Source: Bacteroidota bacterium
Lineage (GTDB): Bacteria; Bacteroidota; Bacteroidia; NS11-12g; UBA955
Length of the DNA: 64,000 nt
Assembly: GCA_030830065.1 (NCBI GenBank)
Contig: JAURNR010000029.1
Location: forward strand, 2,710-66,709
Direction of reading: 5' to 3'
The notes under the pieces were generated by a model. The model was not told the DNA's origin and did no database searches. It was given only the letters and a program-made list of their open reading frames with translations. The position numbers were made by a program, and so were the translations under genes. Within the stretch, counting starts at the first letter, position 1. Each line of letters opens with the position of its first letter. Positions 56,461-64,000 of this stretch are shown here, one piece after another.

Positions 56461-58316
56461 TATTTATTAAATTTTATTGTGCAGTTAATAGTAATACTAC
56501 GAGTAGGCATAGGCCTTCCCGGCATATTTTGATATTGTTCATTTAGTAGGTTAATAACCTCTATACCTAAAAGCATGCTGTAAATAGCAGTTGGCTTTAA
56601 TTTGATATGGTAATATCCACCAAGATCCACAGTAGAATAACTGTTTAACCAATCACTGTTATCGGTTGTAGTATATCTGGACCCGCGGTAATGATAAATT
56701 GCATATGTTTTTAAGTTTCCCTTATTCCAAGAAACTTTAAGGTCATGAGTCCAATCGGGAATAAAAATTGGTCTTGTTTTATTTAATGAATGAGAGGGAA
56801 TTGCAGGATCCTCAAGAACTACCCATGCATTTACCCAGTCGCTTTTGTAGTTGAAATTCAAGGAAGAATTTACAAATAGCATTTTCCATTTTAAGCCTAG
56901 TTGCAAACCTGAATAAGTACTAAAATTTAAATTTATTGGTCGCCATAGACCATTTGCTTGCGGTTGCCAAGAAATAGGATTCTCTAATTCGCGATAATAC
57001 CCGGTTATTGAAGGCTGGATTTCATGAATCCCAGATTTCTTCAAATAATCCAATCCTACTTCTGAACTCCATCCTATTTCATTACGCAAATTGGGGATTT
57101 CTGAGGATGGATTAACCCAAAATAAATCATTCAGAGTAGGTCTTCTAAAGCTTTTATTTATGTTAAAACGAGCATTAATTTCTTTGGTAAATGGGGATTC
57201 GACATTAAATGCTCCTGACCATACTTTTCCATTAAACTCATACCTCGAATCAAATGCAATTTTGGTACTCTTTAAATTAGTCATCCAAGCCATAAATACT
57301 GCCGGAAGGTCTCTGACAGCATCTTTGAAATAATGTACTGATTTCCCCTTTTGACGCTGATAATCAAAACCCACTAATGCTTGCCCCCAAGTATTATCCC
57401 ATGAAATTTCGGTCTGTGTAAAATACATATTAGCAAAACTGCTATCAGGGATTAATTTAAAAATTGGTGCATCGGCATAGGCAATTCTATCATAGGTATA
57501 ACCTAGTTTCTGGTTGATTTGAAGGTTTTCAAAATTCAAATTGTAATCTAGAACCGAACGCACATAGAAGTCAGATTGCTCAGCCAAAGTAGAATTCCCT
57601 ATCTCCCGAAAAACTTCACCTACATCTGTAGACCACTTTATATGACTAAATTTATTAAGCTGATGAGCAAGGGTGTTTTTTATAGTGTTTTGATGAAATT
57701 TTGTTTTATCCCAAAGAAGAGTTTCTTCACCTTTTTGGTAATTGAAGCGATTTGCGTTGTAGATTGAGCTTAACGCTACATTCCAATACCATTTTTCATT
57801 AGAGAATTTTACCGCGGCAGAAGTATGATAATTGGACATAGAATTAGCCCCAGTATTGAGGGATGCCGAGTTGTGCTTTGAATAAAACGGTTGGTTATTA
57901 AGAATTACGGTTCCGCCTACACTACCTGATCCGTACATAGATGAGTTTCCACCTTCTATGATATACATTTCATCATTTCCGTAGGCAGAAATATTATTAA
58001 AATCCATCATCCCCAACATAGGATGATTTATGGGAAGGCCATTCCATATTACTTGAGTTTGAGAAGCATCAGCCCCTCTTTTAGTGATCGTAGCGCTTCC
58101 AGCAGGACCATATTGCTTAAAAAACGTACCGGTCTCTCCCATCGCATCTGTTAATGTTAGTGCTCGGTTATTGTTGGCGATTCCAACTTTTAATCTTCCA
58201 ATGCTCGCAAAATCTGCTCTCGTTTTATTAATAAAAATAGTATCTACAGGAGTAAGTTGAAGACTATCTCCCGTGCTCATTGCACACAATGCCGTGTATA
58301 GAATTGAACCGAACAT
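56460..58316 (-). CDS. btuB: TonB-dependent outer-membrane receptor, cobalamin (BtuB-like) by riboswitch context
   Basis: N-terminal plug (TLTDAMGETGTFFKQYGPAGSATITKRGADASQTQVIWNGLPIN), a beta-barrel body and a C-terminal ...INCTIKFNK. It is immediately downstream of a cobalamin riboswitch. Confidence 0.75.
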   Translation of the reverse strand: MFGSILYTALCAMSTGDSLQLTPVDTIFINKTRADFASIGRLKVGIANNNRALTLTDAMGETGTFFKQYGPAGSATITKRGADASQTQVIWNGLPINHPMLGMMDFNNISAYGNDEMYIIEGGNSSMYGSGSVGGTVILNNQPFYSKHNSASLNTGANSMSNYHTSAAVKFSNEKWYWNVALSSIYNANRFNYQKGEETLLWDKTKFHQNTIKNTLAHQLNKFSHIKWSTDVGEVFREIGNSTLAEQSDFYVRSVLDYNLNFENLQINQKLGYTYDRIAYADAPIFKLIPDSSFANMYFTQTEISWDNTWGQALVGFDYQRQKGKSVHYFKDAVRDLPAVFMAWMTNLKSTKIAFDSRYEFNGKVWSGAFNVESPFTKEINARFNINKSFRRPTLNDLFWVNPSSEIPNLRNEIGWSSEVGLDYLKKSGIHEIQPSITGYYRELENPISWQPQANGLWRPINLNFSTYSGLQLGLKWKMLFVNSSLNFNYKSDWVNAWVVLEDPAIPSHSLNKTRPIFIPDWTHDLKVSWNKGNLKTYAIYHYRGSRYTTTDNSDWLNSYSTVDLGGYYHIKLKPTAIYSMLLGIEVINLLNEQYQNMPGRPMPTRSITINCTIKFNK

Positions 58317-58329
58317 AACGCGTATGCGG

Positions 58330-58578
58330 TTTTTGGGTATAAAGGATTGCTAGGACGAAATAATCGAACGCAGCGAGCTTTTATTCCCGAAAGCCGACTT
58401 ACTTTTTGAGCGTTGGCAGGTCTTCTGACTTCCTCGGTTGAAGCGCCTTCCCGATTTCTCAGTGGCTCAGATGCTTCTCCCAATTGTGCGAGGTTACAGC
58501 TGCGGGTACAGTCTCGGATTTACACCGAAGTTCCCTTTTCGTTTTCTATCCCAGCCGTGGATAGAAAAACCAAAACTC
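58330..58578 (-). promoter_or_regulatory. cobalamin (B12) riboswitch in the 5' leader of the btuB-like operon
   Basis: The minus strand reads ...AAAAGGGAACTTCGGTGTAAATCCGAGACTGTACCCGCAGCTGTAACC..., the conserved GGGAA / GGTG.AAATCC / CCCGC.GCTGTAA core. AGTCAGAAGACCTGCC (B12 box) lies at plus 58415-58430. A TAATTTTG -7-type box lies at 58584-58591 just upstream. Two track ORFs (58277..58483 and 58413..58682) are spurious overlaps. Confidence 0.88.
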
Positions 58579-58704
58579 AGTTGCAAAATTATATTGTTTG
58601 TTTAGTTCTTTATTGTCATTTTTTCCACACGAGTTTGTCGAAGTATTCGAATTTCAATCGATACCTATGGTGTAAACCTTAATAAACGGCAATACATTTG
58701 TTTT

Positions 58705-60132
58705 ATGCGATTGATTATCGTTCTGTTAGGGAGTATTGCAATTGCTCCAAGATCAAGTGCTCAATATTCATTGCAGCAATGTATTGAAATTGCGTTGGAA
58801 TCAAACTTAGATATTCGTCTGTCCCAATTAAATATTACACAGGCACAAATTGCAGAAGATCAAAGTAGAATGCAGCTTTCTCCCACTTTAAACGGAAACT
58901 TTGGTCAGTTTTACCAAAGTGGTAGAAGTATTGATAGATTCACCAATCAGTTTGTTCAGTCTACAGTTGGTAATACATCATTACAGATTCAAGGAGGTTG
59001 GACTTTGTTCTCTGGAGGAAGAATAATGAATGGTTTGAAGCAAAGTAAAATGAATACTGATGCGGCTAAATTAGATCATTTACAAAACCAACAGAGTATA
59101 GTTTTGAATGTGGCATTAGCCTATTTAAGTTGTTTACAAACCAAAGAACAAGTAAAGGCTGCTGAATTAAATGCAGCTACTTTATTGCAAGATTTAAAAC
59201 GCGTTGAAAAGACTTTCGCACTAGGTGCTGCAAACGAGGGAACTGTATTTGCGGCAAAAGCTCAATGGTCTGCGGCACAAGCAAATTTATCGCAGGTACG
59301 AAATCAACATTTAAATGCATTATTAATGTTGAAGAACATGCTATTAGTCCCAAGAGAAGAGTCATTTGACATTCAAACGATTAACGAAACAACACCAGAA
59401 ACATTAACATATCCAATTTCCGCTCAAGAAATGATTGATACGGCCTTATCTAGGAGGCCCGACTACAAAGCTTCACAGCTGAAGGTACAGAGTGCACAGC
59501 TTGGTATTAAAATAGCAAAGGGAGCTTATTCGCCCACACTATCTATTGGCGGAAATTTATCTTCTGTATATTCTGACAATGCCAAGTCCATAACAGGATA
59601 CAATGTAACTGGAACCCAGCCCATTGGATTTGTTCAGGGAACCAATGAAATTGTAGAAGCACCTACATTTGAGTATACGGCATCTACTATTGATTTTAGC
59701 AAACAACTGAAAGACAATTTTGGACAAAGCTTTGGAGCCACTTTAAGTGTACCTATCTACAATCAATTTCAGAATAGAAATGATATTTCGAGGTCAAAAG
59801 TTGCCCTCATTCAAAGCGAAATTAACGCTGAAAGAATTAAACAAACCATTATAAATGATGTGATGAATGCCTTGCAAAGTTTTGAGAATGCATCGAGTCA
59901 GTTTCAAGCAATGCGCGAAAATTATGAGTCACAAAAGAAGAATCTCTACTTTGTTCAAATTCGCTTCAACAATGGCCAAGCTTCATACTACGAATTGCAA
60001 TTATCCAAGAATAACGAGGTTGCCGCTGAACAGAATTATATTTCCTCCAAATATGAGTGCATTTTGAGAAAAATGATATTGGATTACATGTTCACAAACG
60101 ATTACAGAATACTCACAGAAAAAGCGAACTAA
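58705..60132 (+). CDS. TolC family outer-membrane efflux protein
   Basis: Signal peptide. YSLQQCIEIALESNLDIRLSQL is a typical OEP N-terminus. The two-repeat coiled-coil/beta-barrel organisation is present in a 475-aa protein. Confidence 0.8.
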   Translation: MRLIIVLLGSIAIAPRSSAQYSLQQCIEIALESNLDIRLSQLNITQAQIAEDQSRMQLSPTLNGNFGQFYQSGRSIDRFTNQFVQSTVGNTSLQIQGGWTLFSGGRIMNGLKQSKMNTDAAKLDHLQNQQSIVLNVALAYLSCLQTKEQVKAAELNAATLLQDLKRVEKTFALGAANEGTVFAAKAQWSAAQANLSQVRNQHLNALLMLKNMLLVPREESFDIQTINETTPETLTYPISAQEMIDTALSRRPDYKASQLKVQSAQLGIKIAKGAYSPTLSIGGNLSSVYSDNAKSITGYNVTGTQPIGFVQGTNEIVEAPTFEYTASTIDFSKQLKDNFGQSFGATLSVPIYNQFQNRNDISRSKVALIQSEINAERIKQTIINDVMNALQSFENASSQFQAMRENYESQKKNLYFVQIRFNNGQASYYELQLSKNNEVAAEQNYISSKYECILRKMILDYMFTNDYRILTEKAN

Positions 60133-60143
60133 GAAAAATAAGG

Positions 60144-61403
60144 ATGAAGAATAAAAAACTAATATGGATTTCATTATCGGCTGTAGCTGTGCTGATAATT
60201 TTAGCTTCGATATTTAAAGGCGGCAAAAAACCATTAAAGGTAGAAACCGAAAAAATAGAGGCGAAAACTATTGTGGAAGTGGTGAGTGTAACTGGAAAAA
60301 TTCAACCAGAAAAAGAAGTAAAAATCAGCCCTGATGTGAGCGGAGAAATTACTGAAATGTATGTTCAGGAGGGCGATACTGTAAAACAAGGGCAATTATT
60401 GTTAACTATAAATCCAGAAATTTACATTACCACATTAAATCAGTTGCAGGCCAATTTAGACAATGCAAAAGCTGCTTTATCTGGAGCAGAGGCCCAAGAG
60501 ATAAGAGCAAAAGCTTCGCTAAAAATTGGGAAAACCATGTTTGAAAGACAGAAAAAACTTCATGAAGAGAGAGTGATTAGCGACCAAGAGTGGGAAAATG
60601 CAAAAATGCAGTATGAGCAGCAACGAACCGAGGCTACTGTTTCGGAAAAGAATAGACTTGCATCTTCGTTTAATGTAAAAAGTTTAACTGCGCGCTTAGA
60701 TGAGGGGCAAAAAACTTTAGGTAGAACTAGGATTTATGCTCCTGAAGATGGCGTTGTTACTCAACTAAGTAGTGAAAAAGGTGAACGCGTTGTGGGTACT
60801 GCACAGATGGCAGGAACTGAAATTATGCGTATTTCTAACTTACAAACTATGGAGGTAGAGGTTAATATTAATGAAAATGATATTGTAAGAGTGAAAATTG
60901 GAGACAGCGCAGATATTAAAATTGATGCTTACAATGATCAACTATTTAGAGGAGTTGTAACTAAAATTGCAAACTCTGCAAAGTTTAATGCGGCTCAAGA
61001 TATAAACGAGCAGGTCACTAATTATACGGTGAAGATACGCATTGACAAGGGGTCTTATCAGCATTTGATTACTAAAAACAAACCACAACCCCTCTTACCG
61101 GGGATGACTGCGTCTGCAGATATTAAAACAACCGTACGTAAAGATGTAGTTGGCTTACCTATTTCGGCCTTAACCTCAAGGGTACCATTTACAGGGAAGA
61201 AGGCAAAAGATCAAAAAGAGGATGCTACTTGGGTTTTTGTTTATCGCGATGGTAAAGCAGTAGCTATAAGTGTAAAAACTGGAATTCAAGATTTAGATTA
61301 TTTTGAATGTACTGAAGGATTAAAAATTGGTGATGAAGTAATCACGGAGCCGAGCATGTCTATTGCGAAGACTATGTTAGATGGCGATGAGTTGGTGAAG
61401 TAG
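60144..61403 (+). CDS. efflux periplasmic adaptor subunit (HlyD/MacA-like)
   Basis: From Met30: MKNKKLIWISLSAVAVLIILASIF (TM anchor). Lipoyl-like GKIQPEKEVKISPDVSGEITEMYVQEGDTVKQGQLLL, a coiled coil, then beta-barrel and MP domains. The track start at 60057 overlaps the TolC gene. Confidence 0.8.
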   Translation: MKNKKLIWISLSAVAVLIILASIFKGGKKPLKVETEKIEAKTIVEVVSVTGKIQPEKEVKISPDVSGEITEMYVQEGDTVKQGQLLLTINPEIYITTLNQLQANLDNAKAALSGAEAQEIRAKASLKIGKTMFERQKKLHEERVISDQEWENAKMQYEQQRTEATVSEKNRLASSFNVKSLTARLDEGQKTLGRTRIYAPEDGVVTQLSSEKGERVVGTAQMAGTEIMRISNLQTMEVEVNINENDIVRVKIGDSADIKIDAYNDQLFRGVVTKIANSAKFNAAQDINEQVTNYTVKIRIDKGSYQHLITKNKPQPLLPGMTASADIKTTVRKDVVGLPISALTSRVPFTGKKAKDQKEDATWVFVYRDGKAVAISVKTGIQDLDYFECTEGLKIGDEVITEPSMSIAKTMLDGDELVK

Positions 61404-61510
61404 TTTGGGGGCTGGCAATTGGCTACTGGCTGCCAGCGGCAGCAAAACATCTTGTCCCTAATTAAAATAATGATTATATTATTAGCAATTAATTGTTAAT
61501 AATATTATCA

Positions 61511-64000
61511 ATGATACTCTACCATTGCCACTCTTATTTCAGTCTTCGGTACGGACTTATGAGTCCTGAAGATATTATTCGATGGGCGCAAAGCCAATCT
61601 GATTTATTAAAACAACCTGTTTCTATCCTGTTGGCAGACATTAACAATGTAAGTGGAGTGAGTAATTTTTTGCGCGAAGCGCAAAAGCACCCTCAGGTGC
61701 ACGCGCGGATAGGCGCGGAAGTACGTAATGGCGATGAAACCCTGTATATTCTTATGGCAAATACACAAACAGGATTTGCCCGAATGAATGAGTTTATCAC
61801 CCATCACATTCATCAAAATACCCCGTTCCCTTTTGCTCCTAAAGCTATGGAAGATGTGAGTGTTATTTATCCTTTTTATAAAGTCGCAGGCCTACAAGCA
61901 AACGATTTAAGTACTGGGGCATTCATTGCTATTACCCATCGCGACTTGCGAAGAGTTCCTCTTTCACATTGGAAACGACAACCTCAACGCCTTATTGCCT
62001 ATCACAGAGCCACGCTCAGAAATCAAGACGACTGGCATACTCATACGCTTTTAAGGTGCATTGCGCATAATTGCTTGCTCACCAAACTTAAACCCACAGC
62101 CCTCGGCTTCAAACACGACCTACTTCTTCCCTATTCAGAATTAATAACAAACTTCAAGAATAGTCCCACTCTCCTTTCTAACGCACAAAAAATTCTTGAG
62201 AAAGAAAACTGGTCGTTCGAGTTTAATATCCCCCAGAATAAAAAAACTTTCACCGGCGACATTGATGAGGATTACCGTTTGATGCGAGAATTAGCATTTG
62301 AAGGTATGAAATATCGTTATCCCAAATACACCTTTAATACTACCGAACGACTAGAAAAAGAAATGAAGCTGATTTACGAACTTGGCTTTACCGCCTACTT
62401 CTTAATCAACTGGGATATTTGTCGATTTGCTAGAGATAAAGGGTTCTTTTATGTGGGACGAGGAAGTGGGGCAAATAGTATGGTGGCCTATTGCCTTCGC
62501 ATTACCGACGTAGACCCCATAGACTTAGACCTATACTTTGAGCGTTTCATTAATCCATTTAGAAGTAGTCCTCCCGACTTTGACATTGACTTTTCTTGGC
62601 AAGATAGAGACACTGTTACTGGATACATCATTAATAAATACGGGTCAGAGCATGCGGCATTACTAGCCACTTACAACACCTTTCAAACTAATGCTGTAGT
62701 TCGAGAGCTAGGCAAAGTTTACGGCATCCCCAAAGAGGAGATTGATGCCTTATTAGAGCGTCCGTCTTATTATTCTCAGAAGAATTTTCAGCGTTTCACT
62801 CCAAGCAAAAACTCAATCTATAGCACTCCCGGAATTGGACATCGCACTCGTGAACGAGTATTACAGTCTGATTTTAATGTAGAAGGGGTTGAATTTGAAG
62901 ATAAAGAAACACTTTATGAGGAAATTTTAAAACATGCACATAAAATTCACGACCTGCCTAATTATAGAAGTTTGCATGTTGGGGGAATTCTTATTAGCGA
63001 AAAGAGCATATTCCATTACTCGGCATTAGACCTTCCGCCAAAGGGATTTCCAGCAGTGCAATTCAGCATGTTGGAAGCCGAAGATTTAGGATTGGCAAAG
63101 TTCGACATACTGAGTCAACGCGGATTAGGGCATATCAAAGATGCAGTAATTTATATTAAAGAAAATCGCAATATTGAGGTAGATGCGCACCGTATTCAAG
63201 AATTTAAATCCGATCCTAAAATAGCGCGATTAATTGCCATTGGAAATACCACGGGATGCTTTTATGTAGAAAGTCCGGCCATGCGGCAATTGCTTAGAAA
63301 ATTACGTTGTAGCGACTACTTGACACTAGTTGCTGCTAGTAGTGTTATTCGACCCGGTGTAGCCAGAAGTGGGATGATGCGAGCTTTTATTGAACGACAC
63401 ATAGACCCCAAAAAGCGCAAAGAAGCTCATCCTATCATGCAACAAATAATGCCTGAGACTTATGGCATAATGGTGTACCAAGAAGATGTAATAAGAGTAG
63501 CCCATGAGTTTGCTGGATTAGGTCTTGCGGAAAGTGATGTTTTACGACGAGGGATGAGTGGTAAATTCAGAAGTAAAAGTGAATTTCAACGAGTAAAAGA
63601 TCAGTTTTTTGAAAAGGCAAAGAAGAAGAAACACCCTATTACCCTAATAGAGGAAGTGTGGAAGCAGATTGAAAGTTTTGCTGGGTATAGCTTTGCCAAA
63701 GGACACAGCGCTAGCTATGCGGTTGAAAGTTACCAAAGCTTGTATTTAAAAACCTACTTCCCATTAGAGTTCTATACCGCCGTGATTAATAACTTCGGTG
63801 GGTTCTACAGAACCGAATTTTACGTACATGCGGCAAGGATGTGCGGCGCCAACATACAAGAGCCCTGCGTAAATCACAGCAATTATTTAAGCAGAATCCA
63901 AGACACTACTTTGTGGCTAGGCATGGGATTGGTACAGAGTCTCGAGCGAGGATTAATAGATAAAATTGTTAAAGAGCGTAAAAAGCAAGCATTTGAAGAT
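61511..64000 (+). CDS. DnaE-family DNA polymerase III alpha subunit, DnaE2-like (error-prone) subtype suspected; 3' end beyond the window
   Basis: Absent from the ORF track because it is open at the right edge. My translation from the ATG at 61511 gives 830 codons without a stop: MILYHCHSYFSLRYGLMSPEDII (PHP domain), GRGSGANSMVAYCLRITDVDP, FERFINPFRSSPPDFDIDF, HVGGILIS, KFDILSQRGL, IRPGVARSGM, YGIMVYQEDV, SFAGYSFAKGHSASYA. Confidence 0.85.
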   Translation, partial: MILYHCHSYFSLRYGLMSPEDIIRWAQSQSDLLKQPVSILLADINNVSGVSNFLREAQKHPQVHARIGAEVRNGDETLYILMANTQTGFARMNEFITHHIHQNTPFPFAPKAMEDVSVIYPFYKVAGLQANDLSTGAFIAITHRDLRRVPLSHWKRQPQRLIAYHRATLRNQDDWHTHTLLRCIAHNCLLTKLKPTALGFKHDLLLPYSELITNFKNSPTLLSNAQKILEKENWSFEFNIPQNKKTFTGDIDEDYRLMRELAFEGMKYRYPKYTFNTTERLEKEMKLIYELGFTAYFLINWDICRFARDKGFFYVGRGSGANSMVAYCLRITDVDPIDLDLYFERFINPFRSSPPDFDIDFSWQDRDTVTGYIINKYGSEHAALLATYNTFQTNAVVRELGKVYGIPKEEIDALLERPSYYSQKNFQRFTPSKNSIYSTPGIGHRTRERVLQSDFNVEGVEFEDKETLYEEILKHAHKIHDLPNYRSLHVGGILISEKSIFHYSALDLPPKGFPAVQFSMLEAEDLGLAKFDILSQRGLGHIKDAVIYIKENRNIEVDAHRIQEFKSDPKIARLIAIGNTTGCFYVESPAMRQLLRKLRCSDYLTLVAASSVIRPGVARSGMMRAFIERHIDPKKRKEAHPIMQQIMPETYGIMVYQEDVIRVAHEFAGLGLAESDVLRRGMSGKFRSKSEFQRVKDQFFEKAKKKKHPITLIEEVWKQIESFAGYSFAKGHSASYAVESYQSLYLKTYFPLEFYTAVINNFGGFYRTEFYVHAARMCGANIQEPCVNHSNYLSRIQDTTLWLGMGLVQSLERGLIDKIVKERKKQAFED

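Noticed and set aside
58277-58682. Two track ORFs (58277..58483 minus, 58413..58682 plus) in the btuB-tolC intergenic region
   Set aside because: Both overlap the cobalamin riboswitch, whose conserved core and B12 box explain the region. Their higher GC and lack of stops come from RNA structure, not coding.
61486-61495. 10-bp perfect palindrome CAATTAATTG 16 nt upstream of the polymerase ATG as an SOS/LexA operator
   Set aside because: AT-only palindromes of this size are expected by chance in ~30% GC intergenic DNA. I cannot state the LexA motif of this lineage with confidence.
2477-62670. Other short track ORFs nested antisense or out of frame inside long genes (e.g. 2477..2683, 3431..3658, 4654..4848, 7762..7959, 8746..8952, 9218..9487, 11149..11366, 11836..12063, 14876..15058, 16325..16591, 19090..19290, 19555..19767, 21704..21889, 22753..23007, 23504..23941, 24279..24575, 28061..28354, 29404..29607, 30772..30954, 34063..34720, 36381..36587, 36724..36912, 41099..41580, 42478..42942, 43188..43448, 44783..45061, 49262..49612, 49709..49921, 51519..51734, 54033..54356, 55448..55678, 56095..56307, 57091..57767, 59177..59365, 59867..60067, 61607..61816, 62488..62670)
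   Set aside because: Each is fully contained in, or largely overlaps, a longer ORF with clear family motifs on the other strand or frame. None has a recognisable motif or an independent start context.
1-64000. Scan for CRISPR arrays, IS/transposase or integrase genes, rRNA, tandem repeats and prophage modules
   Set aside because: I found no spaced direct repeats, no recombinase-like ORFs and no rRNA-like sequence. The only tRNA (Cys) is flanked by core genes, with no attachment-site-like duplication visible.

Overview
Dense, low-GC chromosomal window that looks like a Bacteroidota (Flavobacteriia-type) genome. Support: three proteins with T9SS C-terminal sorting domains, lineage-typical gene pairs (DUF4290-murA, acpP-fabF-rnc next to IPExxxVDY-pyk, DUF2480, DUF1599), a Rho with a large N-terminal insertion, and TAnnTTTG-type -7 promoter boxes. 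I call 62 protein-coding genes. Two are cut by the window edges and absent from the ORF track: a TPR protein at 1-913 and a DnaE-family polymerase at 61511-64000. I also call one tRNA-Cys(GCA), one cobalamin riboswitch and four clear intrinsic terminators. I saw no rRNA, CRISPR array, transposase, integrase or prophage genes. Most of the window is housekeeping: holA, HU, aroK, rnc, fabF, acpP, pyk, murA, rho, crcB, gcvH, accD, fbaB, an LptF/G permease and a MacAB/Lol-like ABC system. The accessory-looking parts are: (1) a tightly packed six-gene envelope operon at 39814-43642 (OB-fold anchor, YceI, two lipoproteins with three PSCyt1-like cytochrome c modules, two paralogous DUF5777-type beta-barrels), my best candidate for an uncharacterised system; (2) a cobalamin-riboswitch-controlled btuB / DUF4465-T9SS / beta-propeller operon at 54457-58578; (3) a CE4 deacetylase plus processive GT2 pair; (4) a conserved secreted protein coupled to a GT-C membrane protein; (5) a T9SS cargo with an adjacent outer-membrane protein; (6) a UvrD helicase fused to a 4-Cys RecB/Cas4-like nuclease; (7) a DnaE2-like polymerase following a TolC-adaptor pair that lacks its pump. 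All family assignments come from motif reading and recall, not from searches. Hand-located small features may be off by 1-2 nt. Several ORF-track starts were shortened to more plausible start codons; stop coordinates are unchanged.
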